A stretch of 64,000 bases of DNA from Thalia democratica (lineage: Eukaryota): contig OZ241832.1 of NCBI GenBank assembly GCA_965202585.1, positions 49,972,001-50,036,000 of the forward strand, read 5' to 3'. The notes under the pieces are model-generated. The model was not told the DNA's origin. It searched no databases and worked only from the letters and a program-made list of their open reading frames with translations. Below, in pieces: positions 52,813 through 64,000 of the stretch. Positions within the stretch are counted from its first letter, which is position 1. Each line of letters starts with the position of its first letter. A program made the position numbers and the translations under genes.

Positions 52813-55800
52813 AAGTTAAAAAAAAAAAATCAAGATTTCCTGAGTCATCTTGTGTCATACTGAAAATTTAATTTTTTTTCAAGTATCCTGGATGCGTGGC
52901 AATCGTGTTTTTTAACTGAAATATCATAGTTATAAAAAACAGATATAAAGTAAACAATTTAAAAAAATAATCTTAAGGTAAAAAGGGTTGTAAACTAAAA
53001 ATAAAAACTAGTTTAAAGTACAGAAAAAAAGTCTAAATTAACTTGAGTATTTGAAAAATTTTTACTAGTCTGAGTTTTAATAAGAACATCAAAAAACCTT
53101 TGAACTACCTATGTATTTTCGATTACAGAATAAAAATATACTGAAATATTTAAAAAAGATATTAGTTAACAGCCTTTTTTTTCAAATGTTCAATACAGTT
53201 AAAAAACTGAAGAATTGTAAAATATTTGGAATTTAAAAAAAACACTACTAATTTTTTTAAATCAGTTCTAACTTAAAGAGAAAAATTAATTTAAAGTTTC
53301 ACATATACTAAATTTTAGTTGTTAATATAAAGATATATGTTATAACACAACAAAACAATTTTTTATAGTCAATATTAATAATGTTTGTTAAACATAAAGT
53401 AAAAATTACTTTTTTTAACTAACATATTATAAAACCTCTAACAAAATTGTTAAAATTGCAGCCTTTATTTATTGAATAAACAAAAGAATAGAGATCTTTA
53501 GTTAGTAGTTCAATAACAATTTAGTTTTTTACAAAGAGTATAATTGTTAGGTTTGCTTTTCTGGTAAATAAAACTAAATCAGCCTGAGTAACCAAGAACA
53601 AGCATAAGTAGAGTTGTTACTTTTCAAGTCAAAAAACTTTCTTGAATGACTAGAATCTATCCTGAGCCTTAAATTTCTGAAATAGTTTAAAAAAATTAGC
53701 TTATCTAACAAAATTGTCTATAAAAAAGCAGAAAACCGAAACTACAACAAAAAAATGTAATTAAAGATCTAAAAACATTGGAATGAGATTTTCAAAAAAT
53801 CTTTAAACTGTTCTGAGATAGATTATTATAAGATCTAAACTGTCCTGAGTTATTCTAAATGTGTGAAACTCTGCATGAGTTACATCAAACTAGTTTTGGT
53901 CATTTTGAGTTTTTGAACAAAAAAAAGAGAAAATCAAAGCTGAAAACGTATGTAGCTGTTTACTTAAAATAACAATATGATAAAAAAATAATTAAGGTCT
54001 AAATAAAAAATTTATAATTTTCAAATATAATTTTTGACATAAATGTACTCAGAGATTTAACAGAAATACCAAAACTAGACTACAATTTGCAAAGAAAAAA
54101 AACATGCTTAGTAAGATTGTATTCCTAAAAAAAGTTTAACTAGAATGATTGTGTGGCAACCCTGAATCATACTAGAACTGGATTCCTATAAGAACTGGAT
54201 TCCATAATGCTTTCAAAATTAGAAATATATAAATTTAACTAAATTAAAATTTCTTAAAAGACACACCTAATTAACCAGAGATATACAATAGAACCCCAGA
54301 AAAACCTAAGCCAGCTTGAGATTTTCAAATATTCTTTACAAAATTCAAACTAGCTTCAGTGTGTAGCAACTCTGTATTTTCTTTAAACTTAATAATTTCT
54401 GTTTAAATTATGAATAAAAATATAACTATTACTAAATTTGAGTTATTTTCAACTTAAAATTGTTACTTAAAATTTATTCATTACTACTGACATGAACATA
54501 TTTAAAGAGAATTGTTAATATACTTTATCTATAACATAAATTCATAAATTTTTCTGTAAATATAAATAAATTTAAACTTTAATTATTACTGAACTACTTT
54601 AAACATCATTATAGGAATAATTGTTTAGTTTAAAAATTGTGTAATATTAATAAGTAGTTTTTAATTAATAAAAGGGAACTTTCTCTTTTAAGCATAATGT
54701 TGTAATTTACTAATATTACTAAAAATAAGAAAATATTAAACTTTTAAATTTGGTCCTTTAATCATGATTGTAGCTCGATGACATTACTCAACTTTTAATA
54801 ATAAACTACGTAATGTTATTAAAATTTCTTAAACAAATAGTATTAGAAAGTGTAATTACAATTAAGTTCTACATGAATTATACATAAGTAACATGACCGG
54901 ATTCTAGATGAGCGTTAATTTTAATTACTAAAGTTTTTAGTATATAAATACAATGAGACCAGGCTCCAGACAAGTACAGTTGTACCTGTAAATGATTATT
55001 TGACCTCAGTAAGAACCGAACATTTTAATTGTTTGTTTTTACCAGAAGATTTTAATAAAACGTTACTGCTCTTTATATGATGTACAAAACTGTATAAACA
55101 CCTTCGAAATTTATTTAAGTAAACGGTTGACATTTGACAACGCACTTATTAACTAATAAAAATTCAAAAACAATATTCAATTAAAACAGCAACTTATTTA
55201 CCTTGAAAAGAGAAATATTAAGTCTTATTAAATTTTATATTGAAAACAATTTCTAATAAATAATTTGGATACCAATTTTGTCATCAGATCAAGACTAAGA
55301 CCCGAGTTTCGTTTTTTTATGAAGCTAATAACTTTTTCTCACAGTACATGTGATGGCTTGGCTCTGAAGTTAATCGCTGTTTTTCTTTTAATTGTTTCAA
55401 GTTTGTAATAATCGTGTGTTTATAGTTGCATCCGAGTAGTATAAACTTATGTTTAGTTTAATTTAACTGTGTCTATCAAATTAAATTATTAGTGTAATAT
55501 ATGTTTTTATGTTAAATATCAAATTCACTCTAGATTAACCACAAAAAGTTGTAGCAAGCTTGTATAGAAAATATTTTCAAAGCTGTAGTAAACTATAGTA
55601 AATCAGCTTTAGTTTGTATTAGTTTCATATTTTTTTATATACCTTATCTTGATAACAGTATTTGTTTCGAAATCTTAAAAGCTGAAATAATAGGTTATCT
55701 ATCATCGTTATTAGCGAAAAGTTTTATAAACGCTTACGGTTAAGTTTTTTGCAGTGTTTTAAATTCTTAAATATCACACATAAGATATAAAAATAAACAT

Positions 55801-58129
55801 TTTTCAATAAAAGTCTATCATTAAAACTTAAGAATACAATTATGTATAACTATAAGTAACTAAAAAATCGAACCAGCTATTTTACAAAAGAAGTAGAGAG
55901 TTGTATTAGAAGTTCTACTACTTAAGTATGGTCAAATTTAGCGAGTATCTTTTTATTTATTAGCTATGATAAAACTTACCTAAAAGGCATTTACATAATA
56001 TTTTATTCAAAAAAAAAAAGTTAATGATAAAGCAATCTAAAGTTAAAAAAAAATCTTTTTAAGGTTGAATAACCTGTAAGTGTACCAATGTTAGAAGACA
56101 ATTTATTATGTAGAAAAAAACGTTTAATAATTATTTTTTTGATTATTCAATGGCAAAAGTCTTAGCAACAAAAACTTTTAAACTTTCTTTGTTGTTTAGG
56201 TACTCTTTTATTAAAAAAAAAAATGTAGAATAAAACACGTGATGTATAATTTATTTAAAAATTTAATGAAATTATTTAATACCTAAATAAAGTAATACAA
56301 CTTTTCGTCATTTTGAAAGTGTTGCTTAAATAGTGTACTTTCAAATAGTATTATTAGCATTATGTTAGACATTTCAAATATACCTACCTGTGATTATACT
56401 TGCTTGATTTCTATCAGCAGTTGGCCACATTATTACTAAATCATTACAGTTTAACTTAAAAACAAGCGTTTATACAGAATCACAACTTTTTATTTTCGAA
56501 TTCTGGCTTATTTGAATGTTGTAGTTTGAATAAAACTTTTTTCGATGACAAAACAGAATCTGATTAACTGTTTTAGATATAAAGAACTAATTTTTATTTT
56601 GTGTTTTTGTTTATGTTTTGTCTTGCAACAACAAATAGTTATACAAACATTTATGTGAAACTTATGCTAAAAAAACTTAATATTTACGATGTTTTCTATA
56701 AACATCGAAAATTATTTTTGAAATTGTTAAAGTACGCAAACATGTGATTAAAGAAGTGTTCTGATTTTTGTTTTATTTAGGTTAGAAAAAAAAAACTTGC
56801 AATATATAACAAAAAGTTTAGAACGCTTTTGTTTTCAGATCAACTTATAAATTTAAATTCATGATATAAACACTTACTTTTTGCTGTACTATATTAATAC
56901 ATACTTGATTATTGCTTATATCTAGTTTTGTATTATCAACAATCATAAAATGTTTTCATAATTGTTGTTTTAATTTTTTTATAGTTCTGAAGAAAGTCGA
57001 GTTGTTAAAATGTTAGTATATATAGTTATTTTATATTTATTTCTTATGTATACAGTTTAATGACTTGTTTACTGCTGCAGAAAGGTCTTTAAATGCTTTC
57101 TGTTTTTCTGTATTTAAAAAGCTTTATTGCATTTGGTAACAATTTTGCTCAACAAAGCAAAATATAACATTGTTTATTAAATTTAAGTTTTATTTGTATG
57201 TTTAAAGTTTGCATTAAGATAGGCATGTTAATTACACAAGAAGGTTCATGCTTAAGAAGCCTTTTAAGAAAATAATTTTGCTGTTTACATACCTTCTAAA
57301 ACAAGTTTAGTTGTTATTTTAGATGCAAATATTAAATAAAACATTTTATGAAAATAATGTAACGGTTTTAAAAACATTAAGTATAAAGGTTTGTGCAAAA
57401 CTTGACTTAAACTCGTTTAAAATATAGAAATTAGTGTATAAAAATAAAAAAATAACTAAATGTTAAGATGAACGAATTTTAATAAGTTTTTTACATAAAT
57501 TTATTGAAAAAAAAGTGTATTATAACATTAAACAATAAGATTTTTTATTGAATTTGCCAGTAACTATTTTTTTAAACTACTAAAAATATGTTGTAAAATA
57601 AATTCTTACTATCAAAAAATATTTCTATTAAATTTTATACTGAAAAGTAATGAAAAAATTACAGCATTAAATTAAAATGCTTTACTCTTAAACAGTTACA
57701 GATTAGAAATCTAATGTAAACGAACGAAGGTTTTTTAAATTTGATAAAACTATACCAAACACAAGTAAAAACAGCGCAGAGTTTTATTTAATATAATTTT
57801 TACAATGCGTTTTACCTTTTTTAAAAAGAAAAGGTTTTCCTTATAAAACACTTGTTTATAAGTACGATCAAACTAACCGGTTTTACTATTTTAAGCAGAT
57901 GCTATGTAAAGATAAATAAATAGAATGTTAATGGTTAATGTCTAAAGTAAAAATTATTTTAAGGAACAGGTTTCGGTGACAAAATTATACAGTGATATAA
58001 TTATTTATTTTATTTACTTTTTATTATAATCCTTTTATAACATGAATTAATTGGTATGAAAAACTAAAAAATGAAAATATCAAAAGCCCCAATTAGCAGT
58101 GAAAAAAATCAAAGTGAAAAAGCACTCAC

Positions 58130-58339
58130 GGTGGCTTGCAAAAATGGCGTGCGGAAAAAGTTCAGGTTTTCGATGTTTCTCGGTGCAAACCGTTCGCTGA
58201 AAGACAGTACAAAGTTATGATAATTAGAAGATTACTTGGTATTAGAAAGGCAGTTTGTTTGCCCGGCAACAGTTTGATTGCTCACATTACTTACTGGTTT
58301 GCACTTATTATCCCACGCCAACAACATAAAATAATACAC
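58130..58339 (-). other. Two candidate small exons (58339-58295, 58196-58130) of an unidentified spliced transcript
   Basis: GC-richer island with CCATTTAAG| acceptor, ACCA|GTAAGT donor, a 98-nt intron ending CTTTGTACTGTCTTTCAG|, and CCACC|GTGAGT donor. Two of the spliced frames are open. No recognisable product. Confidence 0.35.
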
Positions 58340-61300
58340 CTTAAATGGAAGAAGTAATTCAAAAATTAGTGAGCATTACCGAAGGGCACATTTTTTTTGT
58401 TTAACAAGGCTTTTAATGAAGTGGTTTAGTTTGTATGAAAAAATGCAAGAGTTCTACCGATACTACTGTTTCAAGATACTTTAAAACATTTGATAACTTT
58501 AAAACTAAACTGATTGTAGAATTAATCTAAATGCGACAAAAAGAAAGATCATTAGTTTGTTTAAAATAGATTTTATAATTAAGAACAATATATTAAAAAG
58601 TCGGTATTTTTCAAGAGTTACAGCAAATAACATTTTTATTAATATAAGTTTGTACACTAAAACTAGTTAGCTTACTTTGTCAGTTTTAAAGAAAATTAAA
58701 ACATAACTTTTTAACCTTATTTAGCTAAACATAATTATACTAACATAATGTTTATTGAACGACAAAAAATACGCTCGGAAAATTTGGTCCAAAGACCTGG
58801 TGTACTAAAAAACCTTTAAGATATCGATTCGTAATTTAGAACAATTTAGTGTCATGTCCAGGACAGATTATAAGATAATTATACAAAATACTGCTTAAAA
58901 AGTTTGAATGTTATATGATAAACAACTGTTTTGTTTGTTAGTTTTAAAAATTATAATTTAGATTTAGTCATTTAGTAAACTTTTTATAAAATAGATAATT
59001 AAGCTAAAGCTAAAACATTCATTAAATTGTACATTTGCACTAAGTTTAGCCACAATCATAAGAAATACGCGGAGAAGTCAAAAAACAGAAAAATATTTTG
59101 AAAAAATAAAGTACTACTTCAAGCTAAAAATTTTATCTAAATTGATTTATAAAAGGTTTGAACTTGCTAAGCAACAAATGAAATGTAAGTTTGGATTAGC
59201 ATGAAAGTTCAATAAATCGGCTGTCTGAATTGTTGTTATCATTGTTTTTACACAACAGTTTCAAGTATTAGTTCAGGATATTTCTTATGCAACGAAAAAA
59301 GTATGTGCTGATGTAAGAAAAATATCAAAAAAAAAAATTTAAGTAGACCAATCTATCGCACATTTGTATTAGTAATTCATTCATTCATTTTAAATAGCAT
59401 TATATTAGTAGTGATAAGCATTTAAAGCAGTTTTTCAGCACTATAGAATAATTTCTCTTAAAAAAAATTAAGTAAGCAATAATCAAATATAAACTTTTAT
59501 TTTACTCTTTAAGATACACTAGTAATACTTTACTTATCATATTTTGGTTTACTCTTACTATTTCTCTGTTTGTTAATTAAAAGTAAGAGTATTTCATTTA
59601 ATCTTTTCTCAAAAGATAAGTTATTTATAGCTTTTATCAACATTACATCATTTAAACGTGATGCAAAGCTAAGTTGATTCAGTTAAACAAAATTAAAATA
59701 AGGTAAACTTTATTAAAAAAAAAAAGTTTAGCACCTTTTTATTAGTGCTATGGTTTTCAAAAACTATCCCTATAAGGAGTTAGCAAAATATGTAAGTAAA
59801 TAAAACAATGTTTGGTAATTACAAATTTTTACAAGAGATCTTTATTAGGTTATTAACTTTATTTTTGTCTTTTATTAAACATTTACAAGTATTTTGTATC
59901 ACTAACGACTAAATTAATATTTAGTTTCTAGAAATTAGACTTATTTATATAATTAAATGGAAAAAATATTAAGTATTTTAAAATTTACAAAGCTTTAACA
60001 ACAAAAACGTCAAATAAATCAGTGCTATTATTTAGAACAAAAACAAATATATAGAAATTAACAACGATTAATGAAAAAAAGATGTTTGACAGTTGTACTA
60101 AATAAGTTTAAGAGCATTTAGTTTAGGAATGTATAGAAACTAGAATTTAAACAGCATACCTAGTCTTAACGTATATTGATACAAATTATCCTAAAATGTT
60201 TATGGTGAGTTTTTAAAATTTAAACCTATTAAATAAATGGTTTTTGGCAAACATGATTCTAAAATTTTAATTAAAGTAAATTAAAAATAGAATCACAATG
60301 TCTAAAAAACCGCATAGTAAAAAAAAGAAGTCAAAACTTAGTTCACAGTATCTAATTTAACAGTTTAAAAATTAAACTACAACCAAGTTGAATTTAAAGT
60401 AATATAAGTTTCTAAACAGAAGTTATGGTTTATTATTAAAGTTTAAAAATATAACTTTTAGTGTTACATTTTTGCATACATAAAATTAAATACTAAATTA
60501 ATAAGCTGATGTATATATTTTTAAACTGAAGCAACTTGATAGATGTTTATATTTGAATATGCAAGGACTATAGATCGACGCTACAGAATGATAGCTACTT
60601 TTTTAAACATTCACAAAAACTATATTTATATTTTTTTCAGGAAAACTTATTTTTGACTTGGTAGTTTTAAATTTTTTAAGTACCTGGTAAGTATCAAAAA
60701 CTTAATTAATTTTTTTCGATTTATGAAATGAAATTAAAAAAATATTTTAGTTATTAGAGTTATCACTTAAAAGTTTAAAAACTTTATATATTTGAACATT
60801 TTTAATGGTTTTTGATATGCAAGCAATATGTAATAAAACTGCTTCAAAAAGTGTTGATCTAAGCAATGAATAAAATCTCGTAAGTCTATAAAAATAAAAA
60901 TTACTTAATTAGCTTTTTCTTACAAGTATTTTTCGGCAATTGAGTAAACCTTTTTGATCGATAATTCATTTCATCGTCATCATTTCACGAGCAATTACTA
61001 AATGAACTTAAACTTTAGAGAAATTTTAATGAAAAACAGCCGAATTATATACCCAACCTCACCGCATACTTGTGCCCGACATAAACCAAATCATTGTGCT
61101 CGGCCGAGATAAATAAATTTTAAATTGGCTTCTTCACATAAAACATCGCCTTTTAATTTGAGTCGCGAAAGATGATTAGGCCTCCTTGCAGCTGCACTTA
61201 AGGCCAGAATGAGGTATAATTTGAAATAATAAGCCGCAGTTCAAAGCGCTTTTCCAGATCTAATCTAAAGTATTACATTCGACGGTTTAGCCCTTTAAAC

Positions 61301-62872
61301 AAGTAATATTCTATCAACTTTTGGCCGATAAAAACTGACAAGATAATTTTGGATATTTCAAACCCGCTCGAAAATGTTGTTACGAGCTTTAGATGTTATC
61401 AACTTGATAATTTATTTGAAAACAGAAACTGTGAGTGTTAATTATACGACTGTACTTGTTCGAATGTTGTTGTTGTATAAAGCTTTGTTTAGTTTTTTTA
61501 AATGTTATATTTTTAAATTAGTAAGGTAAACAAAAATTAGAATATACTATTTTTAAGCTAAATAATCTACAGTAGAAAGTTAGATTTGTTTTATTTTTGT
61601 ACATAAACTGTTTCCCAAAAAAAAAAAAGACTTAAAGTAAGAAAATAAGTCTCAAAATGATATTTGAAAACTTTTTAATTAAACATATAAAACTTTGTTT
61701 AAAAAATATAACAGTTTGTAAAACAAAAAAAAAAAAAAAAAGCAACTTATTGTGATAAATAGATTAGTTGGTATTTTTGCTAAATGTCAAAAAAATTATA
61801 TTGCTATAAAGTTTAAAAACAATCACTATGTTTTGTACGTTTTTTAGCAGACAAACTTAAAAATTAAGTTTGAATTTGTGAAACGACTTATTTAATAAAG
61901 TAATTGATATATAACCTTTTATCAGTATTTTATACAACTCTAACTACTTTTGACAACGGAAAACGTCAAACACAAATATAAATAAAACTTGACTATTAAA
62001 CACAAATTTTCATTCAGTCATAATTAATTTAAAATGTCCTTAAAAAGTTTAAACTCTACAAGTGTGTATACTTAAACTGGGCTGAATATTCTACACATGT
62101 GTCGCTGATTGGCTGATCTATTTTCATAGAGATAAAACTATCCAACCGTAAATTTTGATGCTTATATCATATTTTAAAGCCACAAGTTGTTACAAGTTAG
62201 CAAAAGACTTAATTTAAAATTCAAAAATCTGTTCTTAAATATTAAACCTTACTATTTTCAGAAATTTGTAAACAATTTAACTGTAATACATCTGTAGGAT
62301 GAGAAAAAATTATTCAATAATAATTTAACTTAATAATAATTATTTAATTAGGATTATTTATTTTTACTGCTAATATAAGGTTATGAGTGGTGGGGTTCAT
62401 TATTTTGGTTTAAAAATTCACAGTTATTACCTAGGATGAAGTTGCACCAATGTCAAGGTGAAATTATATTGAATTTAATGTCTTTCTAACCATTATTTTA
62501 GGCTAAAAATAAATGTTTTATGCTAACTATGTTTAGCCTGAAATATACTTTGTTTTAAACAAGAATTAAATACATAGTGCACATAAATAAAATTTATTTA
62601 TGACAAACTAAAGTATTCGATTGATTATGTTTTACAATATCATAATCAATATAAAAAATTGAAATAATTTAATTGCTTTATATTGTTTAATAAAAGCAAT
62701 TATATATTTAAGTTTTATTAATTTATGATATATAACTCAATTTATGTACTTATAAATATAAATTTTTAGCCAAAAATTATAGTTAAGAATACAACAAATA
62801 CAATATAACTTCAGTTAGATATTGGTGCAACATCATACTAGATAATTATCAAATTCACATTGGCTTTAAAAA

Positions 62873-63295
62873 AGATATAGCCGGTCAAATTCTGAGGCAA
62901 CAATAGGTTCCATATTGGAGGCACAACTAAAACAGCAAATAACTAGAATTCACTAAAGATATACCTCCAAGCATTTTTGAAATTACTATCACAAATTTTT
63001 AGGAAATGTTCCTTGCAATATTTAAAAATACTGGTGCAAGTAATATTAAAATTATTAAAAAATATATATAAAAAATAAAACATTTTTTGTTTTTTTGTTA
63101 TAAAATTTTTATTTTATTTTATTTTTACAAAAGACTTTTCTAAACATTGCAAGGAACATTTTCTAAAAATTTGAGGTAGTTATCTCAAAAAACCTAGGAG
63201 AATATATATTCTTAGTGATTTCTAGTTATTTGCTGTTTTAGTTGTGCCTCCCATAAAGAACCTATTGTTGCCTCCGACTTTGACCGGTTATATCT
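62873..63295. mobile_element. Palindromic MITE/foldback with ~155-bp arms and a ~110-bp AT-rich spacer
   Basis: AGATATAGCCGGTCAAA...GGAGGCACAACTAAAACAGCAAATAACTAGAA...AATGTTCCTTGCAAT is mirrored by ATTGCAAGGAACATT...TTCTAGTTATTTGCTGTTTTAGTTGTGCCTCC...TGACCGGTTATATCT. A related fragment lies at ~2148-2180. Confidence 0.8.
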
Positions 63296-63547
63296 CAAAG
63301 ATTGTTTTGAATTTTTTAAATCTGTAAATAGCATCTTGTAGCTCAGTAAAAACTTTATAAAATAAGATCACATTCTGAAAAAAGTGTTTTAACCCCCTTA
63401 TGCCCTTAAATTTATCCTTATCTTACACGGATGCGTACTTCTTAAAGATACTCTTTGAATGTAATAGATAAATAATAACTGGCTTTTTATTTATTTTTTA
63501 TAATTATATGTGGTTACTTACACAATTATATAAATAAATAAAAATAT

Positions 63548-63612
63548 GGAAGTGGTGGGCTTTGAACCCTTACACAGGTGTTTACACTGCTTTAACTTTT
63601 CGTCCATGTTGT
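63548..63612 (-). other. Degenerate tRNA-like/SINE-head fragment
   Basis: The minus strand reads ATGGACGAAAAGTTAAAGCAG...AAGGGTTCAAAGCCCACCACTTCCA, with eroded A-box-like and B-box-like motifs. No intact cloverleaf. Confidence 0.3.
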
Positions 63613-64000
63613 CTGTGGTAAAGCAGCACATTTTCCGTTTATTAATGTAAAAATTTTAACAACTTTTCAAAAGTTTTTGCATTGAATAATTCATTTATTC
63701 ATAAATACTAATTCAATAAAAATATGATAACATAATTAATTATGTACCAATTTTGTTAACATAACAAAACAACTAAATTAACATTTAAATTAATTTAATC
63801 GTTATTTTTAATCAAGTATAATACTTGCTATTTAAAAAACTACAAAAAAACAAAACAAAATTATACGTTATACACACAACAAGTTAATACATAAAACAAA
63901 CAAGATAATTGACTTAGTTAAACTAAATAAAAGTAATAGTTACTTTAATTTAAACTGTTATGCCTAAGTATAAGCTTAATATTTTAACCTACAATTAATA

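Noticed and set aside
58136-58357. 73-aa + strand ORF
   Set aside because: It starts at TTG with no support. The splice signals in this island are all on the - strand.
48122-58865. One ~10.7-kb transposon bounded by the inverted repeats at 48122 and 58865
   Set aside because: The arms are only moderately similar, no TSD was found, and the same motif also occurs in the array spacers, so these are independent dispersed copies.

Overview
Very AT-rich, intron-containing eukaryotic (animal, probably invertebrate; inferred) DNA with three zones. (1) 1-8.8 kb: the last 7-8 coding exons of an unidentified + strand gene. One exon (6257-6427) sits between ~70 tandem copies of its own splice acceptor and 7 tandem copies of its own donor. 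(2) 10.3-14.5 kb: a stack of nested non-autonomous DNA transposons. It is followed at 16.5-45.7 kb by a head-to-tail array of five ~5.8-kb units, each holding a 9-exon cytoplasmic-type tryptophanyl-tRNA synthetase (TrpRS/WARS) gene on the - strand. Copies 2 and 5 look intact. Copy 1 has an open frame but substitutions in conserved motifs (QMTDDEK to QMTDDKK). Copies 3 and 4 are near-identical and share a 1-bp frameshift. (3) 45.7-64 kb: mostly non-coding DNA with a TSD-flanked hAT (Buster/Charlie-type) element, MITEs and a possible small spliced transcript. Exon structures were read by eye from GT-AG signals and phase continuity. No database searches were run.
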